DNA of 60,581 nt, counting the filler, from Hausera hauseri (taxonomy: Eukaryota), in the NCBI GenBank assembly GCA_046269625.1. It is 9 parts of 9 records of this genome, joined end to end, with 100 filler letters (N's around TTAATTAATTAA, not from the genome) between each part and the next. Parts side by side here need not be neighbours in the genome. Positions count along the whole stretch, not along the records: positions 1 to 14,629 come from JBJURY010577670.1; 8 more parts are not named here. One strand, 5' to 3'. This document shows, piece by piece, positions 1-12,000 of this stretch. Each line of letters opens with the position of its first letter. The stretch's first letter is position 1. The notes under the pieces are model-generated. The model made no database searches and was not told the origin of the DNA. It worked only from the letters and a program-made list of their open reading frames with translations. The position numbers and the translations under genes were made by a program.

Positions 1-3000
1 AGTCCAAAATATTTTCTACTCAATTCATTGCGTTGATTCTAAATATGCAGGTGTCCGTAACTGGGTCAGTCCAAAATTTTTTCAACTCAACTCATTGCCG
101 TGAGTGCAAATGTGCAGGTCCTGAGATGGGTCAGTCCAAAATTTCTCCGACACAACATATTGCGGTGAGTCCGAATATGCAGGTGTCCGGAACTGGGTCA
201 GTCCAAAATTTTTTCCACGCAACTTATTGCGATAAGTCCGAATATGCAGGTCAGTACAAAATGTTTTCTACTCAATTCATTGCGTTGATTCTAAATATGC
301 AGGTGTCCGTAATTGGGTCAGTCCAAAATGTTTTCTACTCAACTCATTGCGGTGAGTCCGAATATGCACGTGTCCCGAACTGGGTCAGTCCATAATTTTT
401 TTGACGCAATTTATTGGGATAAGTCCGAATATGCAGGTCTTCGTAACTGGGTCAGTCCAAAATATTTTCTACTCAATTCATTGCGTTGATTCTAAATATG
501 CAGGTGTCCGTAACTGGGTCAGTCCAAAATGTTTCCTACTCAACTCATTGCGTTGAGTACAAATACGCAAATGTCCGGAACTGGGTCAGTCCGAAATTTT
601 TTTCGACTCAATTCATTGCGTTGAGTCCAAATGTGCAGGTTTCCGGAATTAGGTCAGTCCGAAATTTTTTTCTACTCAACTCATTGAGATAAGTCCGAAT
701 ATGCAGGATTCCTGAACTGGGTCAGTCCAAAATATTTTTCAACTCAACTCATTGCGGTCAGTCCGAATATGCAGGTGTCCGGAATTTGGTTAAATCAAAA
801 TTTTTTCCGTCTCATCTCATTGCGGTGAGTCCGAATATGCTGGTCTCCGGAATTTGGTTAAATCAAAATTTTTTCCGTCTCATCTCATTGCGGTGAGTCC
901 GAATATGCAGGTCTTCATAACTCGGTCAAATCAAAACTTTTTTTTACTGACCTCATTGAGGTGCGTCCCAATATGCAGGTGTCCGGAACTGGGTTAGTCC
1001 AAAATATTTTTCGACTCAAATGATTGCGTTGATTCCGAATATGCAAGTGTAACGAACTGGGTCAGTCAGAAATTTTATTCGACTCAAATCATTGTGGTGT
1101 GTCCGAATATGCAAGTGTCCGGAACTGGAGGAGTCCAAAATTTTTTCAGCTCAACTCTTTGCGGTGTGTCCAAATATGCAGGTCTAGAGCTGCGTCAGTC
1201 CAAAATTTTTTTCGAATCATCTCATTGCGAGGAGTCCAAATGTGCAGGTGTCCGGAACTGGATCAGTCCAAAATTTTTCCAACTCAAATAATTGCGGTGA
1301 GTCGATTATATAGGTCTCCGTAACTGGATCAGTCCAAAATGTTTTTTACTCAACTCATTGCGTTGAGTCCAAATGTGCAGGTGTCCGGAATTAGGTCAGG
1401 GTAAAATTTTTTGGGAGTCAACTTATTGCGATGAGTCCTAATATGCAGGTCTCCAGAACTGGGTCAGTCCAAAATTTCTCCGACACAACTCATTGCGGTG
1501 AGTCCAAATGTGCAGGTCGAGAGATGGGTCAATCCAAAATTTTTCCGACTCAACTCATTGCGATGAGTCGAAATATGCAGGTCTCCGTAACTGGGTTAAT
1601 CCGAAATGTTTTCTACTCAACTCATTGCGTTGAGTCCAAATATGCAAGTGTCCGGAACTGGGTCAGTCCGAAATTTTTTTCGACTCAACTCGTTGCGGTG
1701 AGACCGAATATGCAGGTTTCCGGAATTAGGTCAGTCCAAAATGTTTTGCGAAGCAACGTATTGCGATGAGTTCTAATATGCAGGTCTCCAGAACTGGGTC
1801 AGGCCAAAATTTCTCCCACACAACTCATTGCGGTGAGTTCGAATATGCAGGTGTCCCGAACTGGGTCAGTCCAAAATATTTTTCAACTCAACTCATTGCG
1901 GTGAGTTCGAATATGCAGGTGTCCGGAACTGGGTCAGTCCAAAATTTTTTCGACGCAATATATTGCGATAAGTCCGAATATGCAGGTCTTCGTAACTGGA
2001 TCAAACCAAAACTTTTTTTTACTGACCTCATTGAGGTGCGTCCGAATATGCAGGTGTCCGGAACTGGATCAGTCCCGAATTTTTTCAACTCAACTTATTG
2101 CGGTGAGTCCAAATGTGCAGGTCCAGAGATGGGTCAGTCCAAAATTTTTCCGACTCAACTCATTGCTGTGAGTCGAAATATGCAGGTCTCCGTAACTGGG
2201 TCAATCCAAAACATTTTTTTACTCAAATCATTGCGGTGTGTCCGAATATGTAGGTGTCCGGAACTGGATCAGTCCAAAATTTTTTCAACTCAACTCTTTG
2301 CGGTGAGTACAAATGTTCAGACCCAGAGCTTGGTCAGTCCAAAATTTTTTCGACTCATCTCATTGCGGTGTGTCCGTATATCCAGGTGTCCGGAACTGGA
2401 TCAGTCCAAAATTTTTTTCGACTCAAATCATTGCGGTGTGTCCGAATATACAGGAGTCCGGAACGGGATCAGTCCAAAATTTTTTTCGACTCAACTCTAT
2501 GCGGTGAATCCAAATGTTCAGGTCCAGAGCTTGGTCAGTCCAAAATTTTTTCGACTGATCTCATTGCGATGAGTGCAAATGTGTAGGTGCCCGGAACTGG
2601 ATCAATCCAAAATATTTCCGACTCAACTAATTGCGGTGAGTCCGAATATGCAGCTGTCCGTAACTGGGTCAGTCCAAAATATTTTCTACTCAATTCATTG
2701 CGTTGATTATAAATATGCAGGTATCCGGTACTGGGCCAGTCCGAAATATTTTTCGACTCAACTGATTGCGTTGAGTCCGAATATGCTGGTCTTCGTAACT
2801 GGGTCAATCCAAACCTTTTTCTTACTGACCTCATTGAGGTGCGTCCGAATATGCAGGTGTCCGGAACTGGATCAGTCAGAAATTTTTTTCGACTCAAATC
2901 ATTGTGGTGTGTCCGAATATGCAAGAGTCCGGAACTGGGTCAGTCCAAAATTTTTTCGACTCAATTGATCGCGATAAGTCCGAATATGCAGGTCTTCGTA

Positions 3001-6000
3001 ACTGGGTCAGTCCAAAATTCTTTTTACTCAACTCATTGTGGTGCGTCCGAATATGCAGCTGTCCGGAAATGGATCAGTCCCTAATTTTTTCAACTCAACA
3101 TATTGGGGTGAGTCCAAATGTGCAGGTGCAGAGATGGGTCAGTTCCAAATTTTTCCGACTCAACTCATTGCGTTGAATCCAAATATGCAGGTTTCCGGAA
3201 TTAGGTCAGTCCAAAATTTTTTCGTCGCAACTTATTGCGATAAGTGCGAATATGCAGGTCTTCGTAACTGGGTCAGTCCAAAACTATTTTTAACTCAACT
3301 CATTGAGGTGCGTCCGAATATGCAGGTGTACGGAACTGGATCAATCCAAAATATTTTCGACTCAACTAATTGCGGTAAGTCCGAGTAGGCAGGTCTCCGT
3401 AACGGGGTCAGTCCAAAATGTTTCCTACTCAACTCATTGCGTTGAGTCCAAATATGCAAGTGTCCGGATCTGGTTCAGTCCAAAATTCTTTCGACTCAAC
3501 TCATTACGGTGAGTCCGAATATGCATGTGTCTCAAACTGGGTCAGTCCATAATTTTTTTCTACTCAACACCATAGGGTGCGGCCGAATATGCAGGTGTCC
3601 AGAACTGGATCAATCCAAAATTTTCTCAACTCAATTCATTGCGGTGAGTCCAAATATGCATGTGTCCGGAACTGGGTCAGTCCAAAATATTTTTCGACTC
3701 AACTCATTGCGGTTAGTCCCAATATGCAGGTGTCCGGAACTGGATCAGTCCAAAATTTTTTTCGACTCAAATCATTGCGGTGTGTCCGAATATACAGGTG
3801 TCCGGAACTGGGTCAGTCCAAAATTTTTTCGACGCAATTTATAGCGAAAATTCCGAATATGCAGGTCTTCGTAATTGGGTCAGTCCAAAATATTTTGTAC
3901 TCAACTCATTGCGTTGAGTCTAAATATGCAGGTGTCCGTAAATGGGTTAGTCCAAAAGTTTTTTCGACTCAACTCACTGCGGTTAGTCCGAATATGCAGG
4001 TGTCCGGAACTGAGTCAGTCCAAAATTTCTCCGACACAACATATTGCGGTGAGTCCGAATATGCTGGTCTCCGGAATTTGGGTAATCAAAATTTTTTCCG
4101 TCTCATCTCATTGCGGTGAGTCCGAAAATGCAGATCTTCGTAACTGGGTCAATCCAAAACTTTTTTTTACTGACCTCATTGAGGTGCGTCCGAATATGCA
4201 GGTGTCCGGAACTGGATCAGTCCCGAATTTTTTCAACTCAACTTATTGCGGTGAGTCCAAATGTGCAGGTCCAGAGATGGGTCAGTCCAAAATTTTTCCA
4301 ACTCAACTCATTGCTGTGAGTCGAAATATGCAGGTCTCCGTAACTGGGTCAGTCCAAAACTTTTTTTTACTCAACTCATTGAGGTGCGTCCGAATATGCA
4401 AGTGTCCGGAACTGGGACAGTCCAAAATTTTTCTACTCAACCCATTGAGGTGCGTCCGAATATGCAGGTCTTCTTAACTGGGTCAGTCCAAAATTTATTT
4501 TACTCAATTCATTGAGGTGCGTCCGAATATGCAGGTCTTCGTAATTGGGTCAGTCCAAAACTTTTTTTACTCAACTCATTGAGGTGCGTCCGAATATGCA
4601 GGTCTTCGTAACTGGGTCAGTCCAAAACTTTTTTTTACTCAACTCATTGAGGTGCGTCCAAATGTGCAGGTGTCCGGAATTGGATCAGTCCAAAATTTTT
4701 CCGAATCAAATAATTGCAGTGAGTCCGAATATGCAGGTCTCCGTAACTGGGTCAGTCCAAAATATTTTCTACTCAACTTATTGCGTTGAGTCCAAATATG
4801 CAAGAGTCCGGAACTGGGTCAGTCCAAAATTTTTCCGACACAACTAGTTGCTGTGAGTCCGAATATGCAGGTCTCCGTAACTGGGTCAGTCCAAAATATT
4901 TTCTACTCAACTTATTGCGTTGAGTCCGAATATGCAGGTGTCCCGAACTGGGTCAGTCCAAAATTTTTTCGACGCAATTTATTGGGATAAGTCCGAATAT
5001 GCAGGTCTTCGTAATTGGGTCAGTCCAAAATGTTTTCTACTCAACTCATTGCGGTGAGTCCGAATATGCAGGTGTCCTGAACTGGGTCAGTCCAAAATTT
5101 TTCCGACTCAACTAGTTGCTGTGAGTCCGAATTTGCAGGTCGCCGTAACTGGGTTAGTCCAAAATGTTTTCTGCTCAACTCATTGCGTTGAGTCCAAATA
5201 TGCAAGTGTCCGGAACTGGGTCATTCCGAAATTTTTTTCGACTCAATTCATTGCGTGGAGTCCAAATGTGCAGGTGTCCGGAATTAGGTCAGTCCAAAAT
5301 TTTTTGCGAATCATCTTATTGCGATGAGTCCTAATATGCAGGTCTCCAGAATTGGGTTAGTCCAAAATTTCTCCGACACAACTTATTGAGGTGAGTCCGA
5401 ATATACAGGTCTCCGGAATTAGGTCAATGCGAAATTTTCTCCGACTCAACTCATTACGGTGAGTCCGAATATGCAGGTGTCCCGAACTGGGTCAGTCCAA
5501 AATTTTTTCGACGCAATTTATTGGGATAAGTCCGAANNNNNNNNNNNNNNNNNNNNNNNNNNNNNNNNNNNNNNNNNNNNNNNNNNNNNNNNNNNNNNNN
5601 NNNNNNNNNNNNNNNNNNNNNNNNNNNNNNNNNNNNTTGCGTGGAGTCCAAATGTGCAGGTGTCCGGAATTAGGTCAGTCCAAAATTTTTTGCGAATCAT
5701 CTTATTGCGATGACTCCTAATATGCAGGTCTCCAAAACTGGGTTAGTCCAAAATTTCTCCGACTCAACACATTACGGTGAGTCCGAATATGCAGGTGTCC
5801 GGAACTGGGTCAGTCCAAAATGTTTTCTACTCAATACATTGCGTTGATTCTAAATATGCAGGTGTCCGTAACTGGGTCAGTCCAAAATATTTTCTACTCA
5901 ACTCATTGCGGTGACTGCAAATGTGCAGGTCCAGAGACGGGTCAGTCCAAAATTTTTCCGACTCAACTCATTGCGATGAGTCCTAATATGCAGGTCTCCA

Positions 6001-9000
6001 GAACTGGGTCAGCCCAAAATTTCTCGGACACAACATATTGCGGTGAGTCCGAATAAGCAAGTCTCCGGAATTTGGTTAATCCAAAATTTTTTTAGACTCA
6101 ACTCATTGCAGTGAGACTGATTATGTAGGTCTCCGGAACTGGGTCAATCCAAAATTTTTTTCGACTCAACTCATTGCGAAAGTCCGAATATGCTGTTCTT
6201 CGTTACTGTGTCAGTCCAAAGTGTTTTCTACTCAACTCATTGCGTTGAGTCTAAATATGCAGGTGTCCGTAACAGGGGCAGTCCAAAATTTTTTCAACTC
6301 AAATCATTGCGGTGAGTCCGAATATGCAGGTCTCCACAACTGGGTCAGTCAATATGTTTTCTACTCAACTCATTGCGTTGAATCCAAATATGCAGGTGTA
6401 CGGAATTAGGTCAATCCAAAATTTTTCCGACTCAACTCATTGCGATGAGTCCTAATATGCAGGTCTCCAGAACTGGGTCAGTCCAAAATTTCTCGGACAC
6501 AACATATTGCGGTGAGTCCAAATATGCAAGTCTCCCGAATTTGGTTAATCCAAAATTTTTTTAGACTCAACTCATTGCAGTGAATCCGATTATGTATGTC
6601 TCCGGAACTGGGTCAATCCAAATTTTTTTCCACTCAACTCATTGCGAAAGTCCGAATATGCATGTCTTCGTTACTGTGTCAGTCCAAAATGTTTTCTACT
6701 CAACTTATTGCGTTGAGTCTAAATATGCAGGTGTCCGTAACAGGGTCAGTCCAAAATTTTTTCAACTTAACTCATTGCGGTGAGTCCGAATATGCAAGTC
6801 TTCGCAACTGGGTCAGTCAAAAATGTTTTCTACTCAACTCATTGCGTTGAATCCAAATATGCAAGTGTCCGGAACTGGGTCAGTCCGAAATTTTTTTCTA
6901 CGCAAATATTTGGTTGAGTTTAAATATGCAGGTGTCCGGAATTAGGTCAGTCAGAAATTTTTTGCGAATCAACTTATTGCGATCAGTCCTAATATGCAGG
7001 TCTTCAGAACTGGGTCAATCCAAAATTTTTTCCGACTAAACTCATTGCGGTGAGTCCGAATATGCAGGTGTCCGGAACTGGATCAGGCCAAAATTTTTTC
7101 GCGACACAACTCAATGCGATACGTCCGAATATGCAGGTTTCCTTAACTGGGTCAGTCCAAAATGTTTGTTTACTCAACCCATTGCGTTGAGTCTAAATAT
7201 GCATGTGTCCGGAAATGGGTCAGTCCTAAATTTTTTTTGACCCATCTCATTGCGTTGAGTCCGAATATGGAGGTGTCCTAAATTGAGTCAGTCCAAATTG
7301 ATTCGACGCAACTTATTGCGATATGTCCGACTATGCAGGTATTCTTAAGTGGGTCACTCCCAAATTATTTTCGACTCAACTCATTGTGTTGATTCCAAAT
7401 TTGCAAATGTCCGGAACTGGGTCAGTCCAATTTTTTTTTTCTACTCAACTCATTGAGGTGTGTCCGAATATGCAGGTGTCCGGAACTGGGTCAGTACAAA
7501 ATTTTCTTCAACTCAACTCATTGGAGTGCGGCCGAATATGCAGGTGTCCGGAACTGGATGAGTCCAAAATTTTTTCAACAAAACTCATTGCGGTGAGTGC
7601 AAATGTGTAGGTCCAGAGATGGGTCAAACCAAAATTTTTCCGACTCAACTGATTGCGAGGAGTCCAAATATGCAGTTCGCCGTAACTGGGTCAATCCAAA
7701 ATGTTTTCTACTCAACTCATTGCGTTGAGTCCAAATATGCACGTGTCCGGAACAAGGTCAGTCCGAAATTTTTTTCGACACAATCCATTGCGTTAAGTCC
7801 AAATGTGCAGGTGTCAGGAATTAGGTCAGTGCAAAATTTTTTGCGAATCAGCTTATTGCGGTGAGTCCGAATATGCAGGTCTCCGGAATAAAGTCAATCC
7901 TAAATGTTTTCCGACTCAACTCATTGCGGTGAGTCCGAATATTCAGGTCTCCGGAATTAGGTCAATCCAAAATTTTTTCCGACTCAACTCATTGCGGTGT
8001 GTGCGAATATGCACGTGTCCGGAGCTGGGTCAATTCAAAAATTTTTTCGACTCAACTCATTGCGAAAGTGCGAATATGCAGGTCTCCGTAACTGGGCCAG
8101 TCCAAAACGTTTTCTACTCAACTCATTGCGTTGAGTCCGAATATGCAGGTGTCCGGATTTAGGTCAATCCAAAAATTTTTCCGACTCAACTCATTGCGGT
8201 GAGTCCGAATATGCAGGTGTCCGGAACTGGGTCAATCCAAAATGTTTTCTACTCAACTCATTGCGTTGAGTCTAAATATGCAGGTGTTCGTAACTGGGTC
8301 AGTCCAAAATTTTTTCGACTCAACTCATTGAGGTGCGCCGAATATGCAGGTGTCCGTAACTGGGTCAGTCCAAAATTTTTTCAACTCAACTCGTTGCGTT
8401 GAATCCAAATATGCATGTGTCCGCAACTTGGTCAGTCCGAAATTTTTTCAACTCAACTCCTTGCGGTGAGTCCAAATGTGCAGATCCAGAGCTGGGTCAG
8501 TCCAAAATATTTTTCCACTCAACTCATTACGGTGTGTCCGAATATGCAGGTGTCCGGAACTGGATCAGTCCAAAATTTTTTCAACTCAACTCATTGCGTT
8601 GAGAACAAATGTGCAGGTCCAGAGCTGGGTCATTCCGAAATATTTTTCGACACAACCCACTGCATTGAGTCCAAATGTGCAGGTGTCCGGAATTAGGTCA
8701 GTCCAAAATTTTTTGCGAATCAGCTTATTGCGATGAGTCCTAATATGCAAGTCCCCAGAACTGGGTCAGTAGAAAATTTCTCCGAAACAACTCATTGCGG
8801 TGAGTCCGAATATGCAGGTCACCGGAATTAGGTCAATCCAAAATTTTTTCCGACTCAACTCATTGCGGTGAGTCCGAATATGCAGGTCTCCGGAACTGGG
8901 TCAATCCAAAACATTTTTCGACTCATCTCATTTTGAAAGTCCGAATATGCAGGTCTCCGTAACTGGGTCAGTCCACAATGTTTTCTACTCAACTCCTTGC

Positions 9001-12000
9001 GTTGAGTTTAAATATGCAGGTGTCCGTAACTGGGTCATTCCAAAATTTTTTCGACTCAACTCATTGAGGTGCGTCCGAATATGCAGGTGTCCGGAACTGG
9101 TTCAGTCCAAAATTTTTTTAACTCAACTCGTTGCGGTAAGTGCAAATGTGCAGGTCCAGAGATGGGCAGTCCAAAATTTTTCCGACCCAACTCATTGCGC
9201 TGAGTCCAAATATGCAGGTCTCCGTAACTGGGTCAGTCCAAAATGTTTTCTACTTAACTCGTTGCGTTGAGTCCGAATATGCATGTGTCCGCAACAGGGT
9301 CAGTCCGAAATTTTTTCAACTCAACTTATTACGGTGTGTCCGAATATGCATGTGTCCGGAACTGGATCACTATAAAATTTTTTCAACTCAACTCATCGCG
9401 TTGAGACCAAATGTGCAGGGCTAGAGCTGGCTCAGTCCAAAATTTTTCGACTTAACTCATTGCGATGAATGCATATGAGCAGGTGTCCGGAAATGGATCA
9501 ATCCAAAATTTTTCCGACTCAACTAATAGCGGTGAGTTCGAATATGCAAGTGTCCGGAACTGGGATAGTCCAAAATTTTTTTCAACTCAACTCATTGCGT
9601 TGAGTGTAAATATGCAAGTGTCAGAAACTGTGTCAGTCCGAAATTTTTTTCTACTCAACACATTGCGGTGAGTCGAAATATGCAGGTCCAGAGCTCGGTC
9701 AGTCCAAAACTTTTCGACTCAACCCATTGCGATGAGTCCACATGAGCAGGTGTCCGGAACTGGATCAGTCCAAAATTTTTCCGACTCAACTCATTGCGTT
9801 GAGTCCAAATGTGCACGTGTCCGGAATTAGGTCAGTCCAAAATTTTTTGCGAAGCAACCTATTGCGATGAGTCCTAATATGCAGGTCTCCAGAACTGGGT
9901 CAGTCCAAAATTTTTGCAACTCAACTCATTGCGGTGAGTCCGAATATGCAGGTCTCCGGAATTAGGTCAATCCAAAATTTTTTCCGACTCAACTCATTGC
10001 GAAAGTGCGAATATGCAGGTCTCCGTAAGTGGGCCAGTCCAAAACGTTTTCTACTCAACTCATTGCGTTGAGTCCGAATATGCAGGTGTCCGGATTTAGG
10101 TCAATCCAAAAATTTTTCCGACTCAACTCATTGCGGTGAGTCCGAATATGCAGGTGTCCGGAACTGGGTCAATCCAAAATGTTTTCTACTCAACTCATTG
10201 CGTTGAGTCTAAATATGCAGGTGTTCGTAACTGGGTCAGTCCAAAATTTTTTCGACTCAACTCATTGAGGTGCGCCGAATATGCAGGTGTCCGTAACTGG
10301 GTCAGTCCAAAATTTTTTCAACTCAACTCGTTGCGTTGAATCCAAATATGCATGTGTCCGCAACTTGGTCAGTCCGAAATTTTTTCAACTCAACTCCTTG
10401 CGGTGAGTCCAAATGTGCAGATCCAGAGCTGGGTCAGTCCAAAATATTTTTCCACTCAACTCATTACGGTGTGTCCGAATATGCAGGTGTCCGGAACTGG
10501 ATCAGTCCAAAATTTTTTCAACTCAACTCATTGCGTTGAGAACAAATGTGCAGGTCCAGAGCTGGGTCATTCCGAAATATTTTTCGACACAACCCACTGC
10601 ATTGAGTCCAAATGTGCAGGTGTCCGGAATTAGGTCAGTCCAAAATTTTTTGCGAATCAGCTTATTGCGATGAGTCCTAATATGCAAGTCCCCAGAACTG
10701 GGTCAGTAGAAAATTTCTCCGAAACAACTCATTGCGGTGAGTCCGAATATGCAGGTCACCGGAATTAGGTCAATCCAAAATTTTTTCCGACTCAACTCAT
10801 TGCGGTGAGTCCGAATATGCAGGTCTCCGGAACTGGGTCAATCCAAAATATTTTTCGACTCAACTCATTGCGAAAGTGCGAATATGCAGGTCTCCGTAAC
10901 TGGGCCAGTCCAAAATGTTTTCTACTCAACTCATTGCGTTGAATCCGAATGTGCAGGTGTCCGGAAATAGGTCAGTTCAAAGTTTTTTGCGAATCAACTA
11001 AATTCGATGAGTTCTTATATGCAGGCCTCCAGAACTTTGTCAGTCCAAAATTTCTCCGACACAACTCATTGCGGTGTGTGAGAATATGCACGTGTCCGGA
11101 GCTGGGTGAATTCAAAATTTTTTTCGACTCAACTCATTGCGGTGTGTGAGAATATGCACGTGTCCGGAGCTGGGTGAATTCAAAATATTTTTTGACTCAA
11201 CTCATTGCCGTGAGTTTGAATATGCAGGTCTCAGTAATTAGGTCAATCCAAATTTTTTCCGACTCAACTCATTGCGCTGAGTCCGAATATGCAGGTCTCC
11301 GTAAATGGGTCGGTCCAAAATGTTTTTTACTCTACTCATTGCGTGGAGTCTAAATATGCAGGTGTCCGTAAGTGGGTCAGTACAAAATTTTTTCGACTCA
11401 ACTCATTGCGTTGAGTGTAAATATGCAAGTGTCAGAAACTGTGTCAGTCCGAAACTTTTTTCTACTCAACACATTGCGGTGAGTCGAAATATGCAGGTCC
11501 AGAGCTGGGTCAGTCCAAAGTTTTTCGACTCAACTCATTCCGTGAGTCCAAATGTGCAGGTGTCCGGAATTAAGTCAGTCCAAAATTTTTTGCGAATCAA
11601 TTTATTGCGATGAGTCCTAATATGCATGTCTCCATAACTGGGTCAGTCCAAAATTTCTCCGACACAACTCATTGCGGTGAGTCCGAATATGCAGGTCTCC
11701 GGATTTAGGTTAATCCAAAAATTTTTCCGACTCAACTCATTGCGCTGAGTCCGAATATGCATGTGTCTGGAACTAGGTCAGTCCAAAATTTTTTTCGACT
11801 CAACTCATTGCGAAAGTCCGAATATGCAGGTCTCCGTAACTGGGTCAGTACAAAATGTTTTCTACTCAACTCATGGCGTCGACTCTAAATATGCAGGTGT
11901 CCGTAACTGGGAAAGTACAAAATTTTTTTCTACTCAACTCATTGCTTTGAGTCCAAATGTGCAGGCGTCCGGAATTAGGTCAGTCCAAAATTTTTTGCGA

